From Dirinaria sp. TL-2023a (taxonomy: Eukaryota): 59,671 nucleotides of DNA. Positions 13,766-26,197 of this stretch are shown here, piece by piece. Both the position numbers and the translations under genes were made by a program. Within the stretch, counting starts at the first letter, position 1, and every line of letters begins with the position of its first letter. A model generated the notes under the pieces. The model worked only from the letters and a program-made list of their open reading frames with translations, was not told where the DNA came from and searched no databases. Location of the stretch: positions 1 through 59,671 of the forward strand of contig JAVEBF010000010.1 in assembly GCA_051941275.1 (NCBI GenBank), in the 5' to 3' direction.

Positions 13766-14123
13766 CCACCGTTTATATGCCTTCACATCCTTTGCCGTGA
13801 TTTAATTTTCAACTAATATTGCTGCTGTCAACACGCACTTTTGTCTAACCAACCATATATGCGTCGGCAAGTCTATGTATAGTATGGACCCAAGGAATGA
13901 CTCTGTGGTTGCTATCTAGATGCGGCAACTCGTTCAGCGGTTTAAACCCACCGCTCCAAACATCAGATTTGAATGACTCGTCCGGCTAGAACGACGCAGT
14001 TCTCACGATCTCGCAACGTCTTGCGTCAATATTTGAATCATTCATTCGGGACGATTATCGTCACATCTAAAACCCTGATCTCCTCGTTTGACATTCCCCG
14101 AGTGCGACCCCTGATCAAGACAC

Positions 14124-14549
14124 TCAATACTGCATGAATCGTATCACTTCTTCTACCTCTTGAACTCGTTCGTCGAAGTTTGCGATCGGCGGGCCTGAGT
14201 CCTCTGCTAGTCCCTTCAGGCGATTCTCTTCGGCAGCGAGCTTTCTCAACAACATTCCCTGCACCTTCAGCATGCATTCTTTCATGTCCAATGCTTTCAA
14301 GACTTCCGAATTCAAGACAGACAGTTCGTTAAGACGTACGCGCCGCTTCGCCCAATTTTGGACGCGGAGCTCCTTCCCTTTTTGAATTTCCTCATCCTGA
14401 GCAGCCTGCCATTTTCTTCGTGAACGATTCATCTTTCTGTGTTCTGTCGCGAGTCTCGATCCTCTACTTGCGTTGAGCTCAAGATTCGGACGCAGTGGAT
14501 TACCTTGGCATGATGAATGTGATTGCGACGTGCTGATGAATTGTGCCAT
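14124..14549 (-). CDS. Hypothetical small coiled-coil protein
   Basis: 141-aa ORF, charged and heptad-like in its C-terminal half, downstream of a dyad array. Confidence 0.4.
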   Translation of the reverse strand: MAQFISTSQSHSSCQGNPLRPNLELNASRGSRLATEHRKMNRSRRKWQAAQDEEIQKGKELRVQNWAKRRVRLNELSVLNSEVLKALDMKECMLKVQGMLLRKLAAEENRLKGLAEDSGPPIANFDERVQEVEEVIRFMQY

Positions 14550-14689
14550 ATGAGACTTGTAGAAGCAAGTCGCGGATTAGATTTCTGCAGCTTTGGCTCT
14601 GAATACGTATCTCCCAGAGAATCTGTCCGGACTAATCCGTTCCTTGGTAACCTTCGCCTTTTCGTCGTATTTTTCAATCCTTCCTCTCG

Positions 14690-14845
14690 CAGAGCATCCA
14701 ATTTTGGCCCAAGAATCCACTTCTGGACCCTCATTCCATGCTTGCACTTGCGTCCACTTCTGACTCCTAGCATCCATTTCTGAAGCCTCATCCCGTCCTG
14801 ACAATGGCATCCGCTTTTGGCTCCAGCATCCCAGTTCTGATCCAA
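14690..14845. promoter_or_regulatory. Phased array of 8 CArG-like dyads (~19-bp period)
   Basis: CCAATTTTGG 14698, CCACTTCTGG 14717, CCATGCTTGC 14736, CCACTTCTGA 14754, CCATTTCTGA 14774, CCCGTCCTGA 14792, CCGCTTTTGG 14811, CCAGTTCTGA 14831; several are preceded by GCAT. Confidence 0.7.
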
Positions 14846-15176
14846 GGCTGCGGGGAGACTGACGAGGTCCGACTTTGCTTTTCATGCGTGTTTGACTAAC
14901 TTCCATGAACCAATCTCTTGCTGCGAGACGCATAACCTCGCGTAGTCTACGGCAGGGTCGTAAAATTGACTCGAGAGGATATGGATTTGTTTCTTAGGGC
15001 TTCCGGGTGTGCTATATTGTAGAGGAGGGAGAGAGCCGGAATAGAAGGGAGCCAGAATTGGATGAAGTAGGGTACTCTTAAGAGGACTCGTGGGACGACA
15101 ATGATGGAAAGATCGATGAGAGATAAAAACATCATTGACACCATCTTTCAGCCCATTCAATCAGCCTTGAATAAAA

Positions 15177-15908
15177 ATGAAGCAATCAGGCGTTGCAGGC
15201 ACAAAGCGAAAGCCTAGCATGTTGTTTCAGCAACCTCCAATGCTCAAGCCACCACCGCAAATGACTCAAGACCGTGCGAGGGATCTCCCGCGCACTCCCT
15301 ACCTCATGCCGAGTAAGGGTTGTAAACGATCTGTCTCATTCAACGAACAAGACGATTCTCCGCAGAGAGAAGAGGCAAAGAAACTCAAGATTATTGAAGA
15401 GAAAGGCATTCAGAGCATGTCACCTGATCTGATCAGCTTTCCCGCACTCGAGTCTCGGTATCCTTCTGCTAATCAGCATCGTGTCATTCCTTCAGTGGAA
15501 TTAATGAAAGCATGAGAATTGATTCTTGACCAAGTTGACTGGTCCAAAGTGGTCCAGAAGGCAGGATGAAGAGAAAACCTCAACATCTATCGAGATGTCT
15601 TTAAAACGATTGTGCATTCCCACATTAAGGATCTGCTGAAACAAGAAGAATACGGGAAAGACATGAAGATCGAATTGAATAAACGAGATGATGAGGATAC
15701 CGATACCGAGAGTGGGAATGATAGCAGTGAGGAGGGTGGCGGGGATGGCTTTCGATATTTTGAGGATAACACTTTTTTGGAGAGCGATGAGAGCGGGTGT
15801 GGGAGCGAAGATTATACGGATGACGAAACTGATGATGAGGAAGACAGCGACGATGAGGATCAAGTAGATGATGATTCTGAGGTAATTGATGATTGGGTGT
15901 CGATCTAG
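15177..15908 (+). pseudogene. Hypothetical protein with very acidic C-terminal tail, interrupted by TGA
   Basis: ORFs 15177-15515 and 15612-15908 are in the same frame, joined through TGA stops; D/E-rich tail. Confidence 0.45.
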
Positions 15909-16149
15909 TCAGTTGAAGGACGTTAATTGTTTGGCCTTTCGAAGAATGATAACCTTAGGTTGTTTAAATAGTTGCCTCTCCACCAATGATACATATATCT
16001 ACTTGTACATGAAAATTCTCAGATTTTACACTTCACTGACCAGCTGTAGAGCCATCATCACCCATTCGGCATCAGCATTTCTGTCACGTAGTGGCCCGCG
16101 CGGGGATGGAGACTCGAGTTGGAGCACAGGTAGTTGGGATGAGCAACTC

Positions 16150-16262
16150 CCCAATCCTCTTCTAGCTCCTCCAGTTCAGTTCTGGCTCCATCGCTCCGTT
16201 TTTGGCTCCCCGCTCCAAATCTGGCTCCTCGATATCAGTAACGGCTCTGCTCCGAAAGTTAA
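16150..16262. promoter_or_regulatory. Phased array of CArG-like dyads (~20-bp period), each followed by CTCC/CTCT
   Basis: TCAGTTCTGG 16176, CCGTTTTTGG 16196, CCAAATCTGG 16215, TCAGTAACGG 16235. Confidence 0.65.
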
Positions 16263-16584
16263 TCCCCCACTCTAGTTTGAATGTCCTATACATAGTAATA
16301 AACTAGCCAAAGAGTTCACGGTGCACGTAGTTCCGTGAAACGAAGCTCAAATATAGATTTCTAATATTCACTATTCTTTTCTAGCTTGCCTAAGAATTAT
16401 TACAAATGCAGAGTTTGAAGAGGAGTATGTGAAAGATCGTGTACAAAAAAAAGTCAGTACCACATACAGAACTTGACCTCAGACGAGCCCAGCGCAAATA
16501 TACACACCTCAAAATCCATCAGTACTTTCCCAATGCGCTCTAAGAGTCTTCACACTTGGAATAAGTCATCGAATTTACATTCAG

Positions 16585-18124
16585 TCATGAAAATTCTTCA
16601 TCGAGATTTGCGATATCCGCACTGCTTATCCGCCGGGTTTCCTCACTAATCTTTCCAGGGAACTCTACCATCCAGTAGCCTTTCAATATGTTGTTGATAC
16701 TTTGAGATGAAGAGTCGACATCTTTGCTAAGCTCTGAAATCTGCTTCATCAAACCCAAACCCTTCACCCCTTCGTAAGCGCTTAGGTGAGAGGTCTCATT
16801 CTTAATCCTTTCTACCCCATACTGATCCGTCAATCCGTCGAAAGGCTTCAGGAGCGGTGGGTCTTTGTCAATTGCAACAGCGAGAATCTGAATAATAGTC
16901 TCATATTCATCACCAAAAGTAGTAAAGACCCGTAGAAACGAAAAACCCGTTCTTTCGAAGACCGTTCGTTGGTTGCTCAAAGATTTGCCACTCAATAGAA
17001 CATCTAGATCGGCTAGGTAGCAACCGTTGATGAGTTGAGCGGTATCGTCCGAAGTGTAAGGAAGAAGTCGTCCATGGCAGAGCAAGACAGCTAGGATCAA
17101 TGCGAGCTGCTCCGATGCTTGAGAGTTCTGAAAATCTTCTACTAGTCGTTGACACAGGTTCAAAGTATCTTCTGAGCTTGCTCATTCACTAAGGACTCGG
17201 AGAGGCCGACCGTGAGTTATTGAACTCCAAGTGAGGAGCAACAGTGTATTGTTCTGTGGCTTCCGAAGGGATGGACATCGGTGGTAAGTGTGCTCGCTAG
17301 CTCCCATTAGTGTTACCCTTTTTCATTCATAGTAGGGAGGATTACAAGTATATGCTAACGAGATTCATCTCTCCTGAGCCCAATTCACTTAGCACCTGAG
17401 ATGGAAGATCCTACTGATGTTAGCAATATTTAGGCTCGGTGCTCGTAATAAATTATCAAGTATCCCTCTGGAAAGCCGATGGATAGGAATTCCATCATTC
17501 GCATACTCCACTCAATCGTATTCAGCGTGCCGATGTCTGAGTCTTCAAACACTTTGGACTTCAATAGTGCACTATACATTTCGTTCGAATCAAATTTTTC
17601 AAACCGATTCGTATCAGTAACGCCGACTAGAATCATATACAGATTGAGATTGTCGCTGATTGTATATTCTTGATCGAGTGTATGTTGTCGACATTCTACT
17701 ATCCCGCCGGAAAGTTCAAAAAGGAGTCGAATCAAAGAAATCATTTGAAGCTCTAAGTCATGTAACGTCTTGATCGATGTCTTGCGTTCTGATAAAGTCT
17801 TGAACGAATCTGTATGACACTTTTCGAAAGGTTGAAGCAAGTCGGCTTGGTCTTTCGCAAGGAGCTCGAGCGCTTCGTAGAAGTCGTAATTCTGCTGCCG
17901 ATTCAGATCAAGGAACACAAGATATTGTGTAAAAACCTTGCGAATAGATGAATCAGATTTCTAAAGAATGTTACTGAAACTGGATAGCCGAACAGCGAGA
18001 AGCTTATCAGAATGTCGTGAATTAGCAGCGCTCTTTCAAGCGGTATCCCTAGACCGTTTGATCGAGCAAGATCACGACAACATTCCTCGTATCCTCGACT
18101 GCATTCGGAGCGAATTCTGTTCAC
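16585..18124 (-). pseudogene. Hypothetical multi-exon protein(s), probably degenerate
   Basis: Protein-like ORFs 17903-18124, 17430-17918 and 16585-17163 on the minus strand; no family recognised. Confidence 0.35.
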
Positions 18125-18900
18125 AGCGTTGCGAAGAAAGCGAGTACGACCCCTCTTCGTCGCCTCTCAAACGTCATGAATCAAGATGTCTTTCCTGATT
18201 GATGCTGTCGGATCGTAGTCAAAGCATATCTCGTACCCCAAAAAGAAGAGTCATTGGACATAGAATGCAAGTATCACAACTTCATAAGTCTTACCGTCTT
18301 CGATCTTTCCAGCAACATTGATTTTCGGCTCCGAGTTGAACCAATTGGGACAGCTCGTTTCGATCTGATTGACTGGGATGTGAATAAGCTTTCATGACTG
18401 ATTATACAGGTCCAAATCAGGAGCCGGCCCTGAGAGCTACGAAGATGTGTGAGCCGTGATTTACTGACAAGATCAGGGCATCTTACATCGACATCGGCTT
18501 GTGGTGAAGTCTTCGAATCCTCTGTCACGCGTGTGACTCGAACATGCCTGAATTCTAACCATGCGGCTCCAGGCTCAGGCGTGGAAGGAGGCGTCGGAGT
18601 CGATGTTGCATGCATTTCGGGCTGTTAGACAAGGCAAACTCTTTAGAAAAGAAGGCAATCAATTCTTCTGAATCTATATAAGCAAACGCAGATATCATTA
18701 GATCACTGACGGAGAACAGAGGAGCTCTTCTTCATCGAGGATTTGCTTCCATCTACATTGAGAATGATCTACTGGTTTTAGAGCACACGGGACATCATGA
18801 CTTCACAACTCTAGCTATAATAGACTCGCCCTATAGCTCCATTATCCAAAGCCTAAGGACCGAATAGGATTCCATGACTTCATCGCGCCAAGGGTCGCAG

Positions 18901-19027
18901 AGGCGCCGCATACTAAAAGTCGCGAATCTGCAGACCCTTATCAAAGGGAGGCGCCACATTGAACTAAAAGTCGCGAGTCTGCAGACTCTTGTCAAAGACA
19001 GGCGTCACATTGAACTAAAAGTCGCGA
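18901..19027. repeat. Tandem repeat, ~48-51-bp unit, 2.5 copies
   Basis: AGGCGYCRCAT…ACTAAAAGTCGCGA at 18901, 18949 and 19000. Confidence 0.9.
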
Positions 19028-19316
19028 TTCGATAACAAAGTACAACCTAACTCGCGAATCGAACCGAGAAAGGCTATTAGTAGGAATCTCTTCATTGCCT
19101 CTGTAATCCTTTATCCTCAGGGCTGAACGGGGGCACTGAATATGATCGAGCGTTCGTCTTCAAACATACTGACTTCAGATGGAAGACAAGATGCGTTTGA
19201 GTAGAACGAGGTTCAAGACCTTCATTTATACTGGTTGCTATAATTGGCCACTATGACCGGGCATCTATCTCCCCACGCTAGACTAGAAGGTCATCCTGTC
19301 AACACCGTCTTGTCAA

Positions 19317-20111
19317 TCAACTTAGTTGACCTTGCTTCTTAATGTCTGAGACGCCTTCAGCGGACGAAGCAGCTTCACTGTTCGTTGCGATTGACAACAG
19401 CGTCACATCGCTATTAACATGTCAGATCTATGCACGATATTTAGATAGAACAAAAAGCTTCACGTTCGGTTACAAGTACTTCTATCACTTTGGCAAACAG
19501 GGATCGCGCAGAATAGGCCTTGAAAAACAAGAGACGAGTCGCACTCACAATACCAAGTCTGAATTAGGCGGAATAAGCCCAGGGAAGTCGCTGCAGGTTG
19601 GAGAAGGTAGATTAGCAACCTATTCATTCAGATAACAGTTGATATCGAAAGAGCGTATCGATCATCATATGCATAATCACTGTTGAAAGATGTCAGCATG
19701 CTTCAATGCAAGATGAGCATGCCTTAAGATATCTATCTCGAGATTGTCAAGATGCTCCTCTCATCGACACTCATCTCCAAAACATCAACGTCTCAACCTT
19801 TGCAGTCGCTTAGCCTCTTCCTTCAAATATAATACTTGATATCAAGTATCTTTGATAATCTTCCCAACGCCAATGACAGTTTCAAAGACTTCATCTCCAC
19901 GGCTTTTAGAAGTATCAAATCTACAGAGTATCAGTAGTTCATTCTGTTTATTTGTTGGCGCAATTCTCACGACGTACTGTTTCCTCTGATGATAGTTGGT
20001 AATTTTGGACTCTTCATAGAGATAGCCAGTATATTCAAGTCTAACAATATCTCCCTTCTTCGATTTAACAGTATCATTGCCTTGGTTTAGAACAGTTCGA
20101 TCGACACCCAT
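19317..20111 (-). pseudogene. FKBP12-type peptidyl-prolyl isomerase, inactivated
   Basis: MGVDRTVLNQGN…GDIVRLEYTGYL…FDTSKSRG…IGVGKIIK, G*DVDVLEMSVDERSILTIS (GWD; TGA at 19793-19795), DYAYDDR, FPGLIPPNSDLV…DVTLL over several exons. Confidence 0.88.
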
Positions 20112-20483
20112 AATTATTGACGCGGTATCAATCAAAGATTCTGAAGAAGTTTGAAACAAGATGTAAATCGATAAGAGGCCTGTCTCTGGGGACAGAGCGG
20201 ACGGGCTTGCATATAAATGCAAAGTGAAGTCTTACACGATGTGGGGTCCAGGATAGTATAGATACACTTTTCAAATCAGTTTGTAGTACACATGGGTAAG
20301 ACAACATTGATTTGTCTGCAGATGCAGACATTGTCGATAGGATTGAGGTTGGGTCCCTGACAGGGGTTGAGCATCGTCAAGTAACTCATTTGGCCCGCAA
20401 TTAGCTTTAACGGGGCTCTGCTTCTAAGGGAAAACGAAATCGTACTACCCTTAGCGTGGTTTGTAAAGAGCGGCCGGAGTTTC

Positions 20484-20544
20484 CGAGCGCGCTATTCCAT
20501 ATTTGCGACTTCGTTGTAGTCGCAAATATGGAATAGCGCGCTCG
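20484..20544. repeat. Perfect 27-bp inverted repeat with 7-nt loop
   Basis: CGAGCGCGCTATTCCATATTTGCGACT (20484-20510) / AGTCGCAAATATGGAATAGCGCGCTCG (20518-20544). Confidence 0.95.
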
Positions 20545-21345
20545 AACCAACTCTCACATAGCGTAGAAGCTAAAGGATAATGCTGCAGCATGTCGGCGCC
20601 GAGTCATATTTCTTTCCGAACTAGGGCTGCAAGCCTCATCAGGACAATAATATCGAATCACACTTAATCACTGCTGCAGGTTCTCTCAGCGGGTTTATTA
20701 GTGGGCTCGAATGCCCCAGCAGCGACCGGCCTAATGCGGTAAGGCTAGCCTTTCGAACGTATGTACAAGTAAAGAATCGCTTGCATCTTCAACACGAGCA
20801 CATAGAGATGTCGAACATAGTGGTTCTATCTATCTAGCGCGTGATATCTTCTCATTTCGTCAGTCACCGTTGTTTTACGTGGAATCAAACAGGGGGAGTA
20901 AAAGGATTTCGAGTCAATGCTGTGTAGACAATACGCCACCTGAAAGATCAGCGTCGTTCGTCTCTGATTCAACTGATATCTACCCTCTCGTAAGTTCGAC
21001 TTACAAATAAGAAGAAGAGAGAATGCTGCTATGTTCCTGCAGAGCTACTATAAAGAATCTGTTCATCTTGCAGCCTTGTCTTAGGGAATTGCTAACATAT
21101 TGCTGTTTCTGACTTTCTCCCCTTGTTTATCACGCTCAGTCTGTACCTTCTGCAGTCTCATCTATACACTTACGTTGCCTTCCTTTCTAATTATGGAATG
21201 AGTCCATCAATAGCTCACATACCCGACCTCCCTTCTGCATTGGCGGTGCATCCGCGGGATTTGTTTCCTAGATGATCACACATGGATATTCAACAGCAGA
21301 GATGAAGTCACGAATCACCCTTTCGCTCAAAGCTAGACCTCCACT

Positions 21346-22707
21346 ATGGATTGTACGAAGGGCGGGCCAAAATCAAAGAACGAAACCCCTACAGCGCATA
21401 AGCCCACCAAGAAACGATCATCGTCCCAGTCTTCACCACTAGACCAGAAAGCTACTCTTATTCCATTTAGAAACTTACCGTCGATCCAGCCAGACAACCC
21501 ATCAGCGGCTCCCCAAAGTGTACCTCAACAAGCTCCCTCCGCGCACAGTGCGATTATACGGCCGACGCCTGTGTCATCGTCTACACCACAGAAGCAAAGT
21601 CACTCAAGGCCCAATGAAGTCGAGTATCTACTCAATCCTACAGTCGGGGACACCACCAGTGCAGGCGGTCTTCAACACAATGGCCACGGAACGGATTCCC
21701 CATGAATTGCACCAATAGCAGCAACGTCTCGGCCAGCAACGCTACCTCCAACTTCTATGAAAAGGCGTCCCTCAGAAGATATTACTCTGCCATCTATTAC
21801 ACCCGCTTTGACGAATCTACATCATCCATTATCACGGCCTACGTCGCGTACAAGTCATGAGCCATATCTCATCACGTCTAGTTCATCAATCGCAACCATT
21901 GACGCGCAGCAACCACCCGCCGTGTTTCCCCAAGATCAGGCGTCTGCGTTGACTGAATCGGGTCCGCTGCTGCCTTCAGAGATCGTGATGACTCCAAGAA
22001 TGCTTTGTGCTGCGCATCTACCTCCAGTTCCTTCGCCTCGACCATCTACTCGCGTGCAAACTCAGCTCCGTCGAACCGGAAATCCTGCGTCACGGAACTC
22101 TAGCCCACCTTCTGCCCCTTTTCAGCTTACCTCTACCAGAAAGCCTCAGTCCCACTTTTCCACACCCTTCACCTCAACGGGTCCCACTTCCACGATGCCG
22201 CAACTAGCACTCAACATGGAAGCCTTCGACGCGCCAACATCAGAGATTGAGGGCCAGAGCCAATGCCAAATGATGGTATTCGAAACGGAGCAAGGTCCCG
22301 TTCGGGTGCCCCTTGACGTCCAAGCTGCGTCTAAAGTCGCTGATGAAAAACGCAAGCGCAATGCCACTGCCTTCTGCCGCTTCCGACAACGACGCAAAGA
22401 GAAGGAGCAAGAGACTTCAAACAAAATTTCAAATTTAGAAGCACAACTACGGGAAATGACCGAGGAGAAAGCATACTATCAGCAGGAGCGAGACTTCCTG
22501 CAGGATATTGTCCTACGAAACCGCATCCCCTTATCACCTCGGCCTCTATCGCCGAGACGGAGAAGACATGCTTTGGTTGATGAACCGCCAACTCCAGACA
22601 CTGAAACGTCTACTCAAAACGGAGGCAGAAACACTCGAAGACGCACTGATGCTTACGTACCAGAAGGGCTACCTCCACATAGGATCGCCGCCCATGTTCC
22701 CTTTTGA
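21346..22707 (+). pseudogene. bZIP transcription factor (in-frame TGA at ~21703; downstream 316-aa ORF retains the bZIP)
   Basis: VPLDVQAASKVADEKRKRNATAFCRFRQRRKEKE basic region followed by leucine zipper ISNLEAQLREMTEEKAYYQQERDFLQ; Pro/Ser-rich N-terminus. Confidence 0.85.
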
Positions 22708-23807
22708 GCGCAAGAAACACGTGCTACAACAGAGGACGCGACTACAAGTGCTTCTTCATCCTCACGCAGAGTCATTCCCTGCGACAGCACCGCATTAAAT
22801 GCAATCCAATCCACAACGGCATTTTGTTTGAGTAATAATGTATATATAGCATGCACACGCAGCACGTAGATCATCAAGTGCATGGGCGAGCAATCATTCT
22901 CGTCATATATTTGTTTTCTTTGAGGAGATACCCCATGGTTGGCATATTCGTCAGCGTATCGAGCGTGTACGTAGTATCATTAGGCTCTTGAAATACGCAG
23001 GTCGCCGCGAGCATATCTAGCATTTTAATCGCTTCTGACGTCTTTAACTAAACGTTCATCGTCCAACGAAAATAAAATCATGAGTGATGTCTCGAGCTGT
23101 AATTCAAGAATTGATTCTTGTATCAATGAAACCGTCGTCGACCATGTTTGATCTTTTTTCGAGGACGGAAGTCCTTGAACTTGATTGAATTCAAGTCGAT
23201 GAATGAAGCTTGATGACTTCGCGTCTCTCTACTGACAATTTTGATTCTCGAGTCAAAAGCGCTCAAGTCTCATTCATCATCGTCATTTCTCTTAATTCAT
23301 GAGGCGCTCAACGAAGAAACGTTTTGTCACCGTTTCAACAACTTTTTGCTTTCGCTCGTCTCCGCTGCAGCAGCAAATCATCCTTCTCTTTCATGCTTCC
23401 AAAATAACAGTCAATTCAGAGTGCGTACAAGCACTGAACACTTCAGAGAGAATATTTACGTTGGCAAGTTCCCAATGGAAATGTCCGAACTTCAAGTTCT
23501 CTTAAAACAAACTCGCAAACGACGCAGTATAGGAGCAATGAGGGAAAGCGAAGGAGCTCGAAAGAAGAACGCATTTGAACCTCAACGGCATTCCACACGC
23601 TTCGTTGCTTTTCGACATGCGGATGATGGGATGAGAGAGCATCAGAATGACTCTGCGTCGTCAACTTCTTTAGCTGTCTGCTCGTCAGCCCCGTCATTCG
23701 CTCAACACTTCATCGAGATCGACAGTTCTGGGATTTGAAATATTGAAGCAGAGATAGATTGTGTTCGCAAGAAATTAAATGAACTTAAAACAGAACAGAG
23801 ACACAAA

Positions 23808-24017
23808 ATGAAGGCACTTGAGACGCAGACCTTGAGTGACGCAATGAATCGCAACTTAATTTGGTGTTGTCGGTGTCGATCCTTTGCTGCGACTGATATC
23901 GAAGACTTATGCGCTGACTGCTTTCATACGCGATGTTTCGAATGTAAACATTCAGGCGATTTGGAGACAGATAGATACGATTTGGCAGATGCAGAAAAGG
24001 CAAAAGCACGGGAATAA
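23808..24017 (+). CDS. Small Cys-rich zinc-ribbon-like protein or gene fragment
   Basis: WCCRCR…LCADCFHTRCFECK spacing. Confidence 0.4.
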   Translation: MKALETQTLSDAMNRNLIWCCRCRSFAATDIEDLCADCFHTRCFECKHSGDLETDRYDLADAEKAKARE

Positions 24018-25169
24018 GTGGAAGAACACGCTTCACTCTGGCGCCGGCTGTGCGGGCGGAGAAGGGGATCCATTGCTTATTTTCGAAACTAGAATGTGAC
24101 GTTTAGACTGCTGAGGGAATTGAGACGGAGGCAAAGATGGGTGGACATGACGAGTTGTATTTCTTGCTGTAATGATTGCTTGTCCATCTCAGCTGCTTAT
24201 ATGGTCAAATTTCAATCGATTCGCTTCTTCTTTGACTAGTGTCTGTAACTTCGTCGTCTTTACTGCAAGTATCATTTGACTTGTTCAGCTCAGTGATCAA
24301 TTCGAGATTATTCAATTTTCATTTTTCGATCACTGTGCTAAAGCAGCTCTCGGGACTAGAGAAATTCTGCTTAGTCCATCAGTCAAGACTGAGCAATGAA
24401 AAGTACATTTTATTATAGCTCCTCGTCTTTCCTTGAGCAGTTCCCCCTTGGCGGCGTTGCTTGATTCAGGTGCCAGGGCTGCTTCAAATGATATACCAAC
24501 TTCTCGAAACAATTCTCTGTAAGCCCGGATGGAATGCTTGATAAGGAGTTAATGTTTCTCTAGAAATATCTGCCAAGTATACGGATCATCAGTATTTGTG
24601 ATCAGATATCTCTGCTGGAGATTCCCAGCCTGGTTAATTCAAGAATTCATTAACAGTTGGCATTCTCCGCCGAATAGCTAAATCGTATAGATGTGCCCGG
24701 ACAACTGCCGGCGGCACTTCTTCCTGTAAATCGCACGAATTGAGTTATTCGATCGAAGTGTGGCCATTTGGCTAGCGCTTCACATACGCAGAAAAGATAT
24801 ACGGATCATAACGCAGGCAAATTAAGATAGCAGATCCGACACTCGATCTGAATGCCCAGATGAAGCCTATTTGTACCAAAAGAACTTACCAGCTCCAGGA
24901 ATGACATCCGCTCCAACTCTGACTCCTTGCTCCAATTCCGGCACCTTTGTCGCCTTACAGAGCGCTTGCGTGAACGAAGCTTAGATAAGGGAGTCAGAAG
25001 TGAATGCTGAGAGTAAGAACTGAATGCTAATGCGGAAGAATGAGGCGTAGCAACAAGATTCAAGAACAAGAACTTTTCATCACATGACTAGACAAGAGAG
25101 AAGTACTGATACGTGATATACACTATCAGCCGTGGTGCTTATGCGTAGAGTCTTCGAAGTGCTAAAGGG

Positions 25170-26197
25170 TATCAGGACCGAACGTCTGTGAGCAGAACGA
25201 AGCTGACGCGTCGATGACCACGATTCTGTGATTTGCATATCTGTTCGTAGGTGCTGGACGTGTGGAATGGGGTGTCACGATGACTTTGGGGCCCGTTTCG
25301 GTTCAAGCTCCTAGGGAGTTGAATATCTGCGTGCTTTGCGATAGCTCATTCGACGTGTTCACGAATTCCCCGCTCTTCATGTTGAGGGAACAGTCGCCGA
25401 GAGATGTCCTTTGAAAATCTTTTCTTTTTGTCTGGATTGCTGATGAGCATATTCAGAACGGCATTTCGAAGCCTTCCGTACTCTTCCTCGGGATGAGCTT
25501 GGATGAGAAGCGTCATTCATCTCTCAAAGTCGACGGAGGTGAGGCCTGAAATGTCTGATTTCTGATTGTTTCGTTCTTGAACGAGGTGATGCTGACATCT
25601 AAGGTCTCTATACATTTGGGAAATTGACGAATGCTCGTCGAAAACAGCTGAGCATCATGTTAGTGGTGTAGTATATTTTCCAGCATGTGGGAACGCACTT
25701 GACCAAGGGTATAATTCGTTCTTCAGCTTGACAGTTTCGTAGTATTTTACCATCTTTACTGGTGTGATGATAATGCTATGACGGGGTTCGTAGTCTTCGA
25801 TCTGCAGTGTATCGTCAACCATGCCTCACCAATGTAGCCCTCATGAACCTAGACGTACAATATGCATTGCTAATCCCCGTAAGAGCTGACCAAGTCTGGT
25901 TGTGGGTTGACCATCTTCGTCGAACAAGGATCTCCATATCTTTTCCAATGTAGTTGTCTCCTCGCTCATCGAAAGCCTCGACGTACATCTCAGTGTACTA
26001 GAGCACTCATTGTTTGATTTGCTCGACGGGCCTTGAGATGAAGTAGATGTGTCAAACAGTCTCAAGGGAGTCAAAGCATGCTTTCGCTTGCTTTCTGACC
26101 TGTACAGTGAACTTGTTGATAGGTTCTGGGTCGGAATGTGTTTAAAGAAGCGTTTGTGTTCTTGAGATGGAGGTGAGGAATATGTTCGATGCAGCAT
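25170..26197 (-). pseudogene. DUF7514-like fungal protein, inactivated (3' end approximate)
   Basis: ETTTLEKIWRSLFDEDGQPTTRLGQLLRGLAMHI | IEDYEPRHSIIITPVKM…YPW, and DFER*MTLLIQAHPEEEY…SNPDKKRK in downstream exons; recognised from memory of a conserved Pezizomycotina family. Confidence 0.7.

Noticed and set aside
14429..15160. ORFs spanning the dyad arrays (also 40651-40990, 49075-49423 and the 5' part of 56040-56498)
   Set aside because: Recurrent peptides such as PILAP and SNSGS are translations of the DNA motif in inconsistent frames and strands, not conserved proteins.
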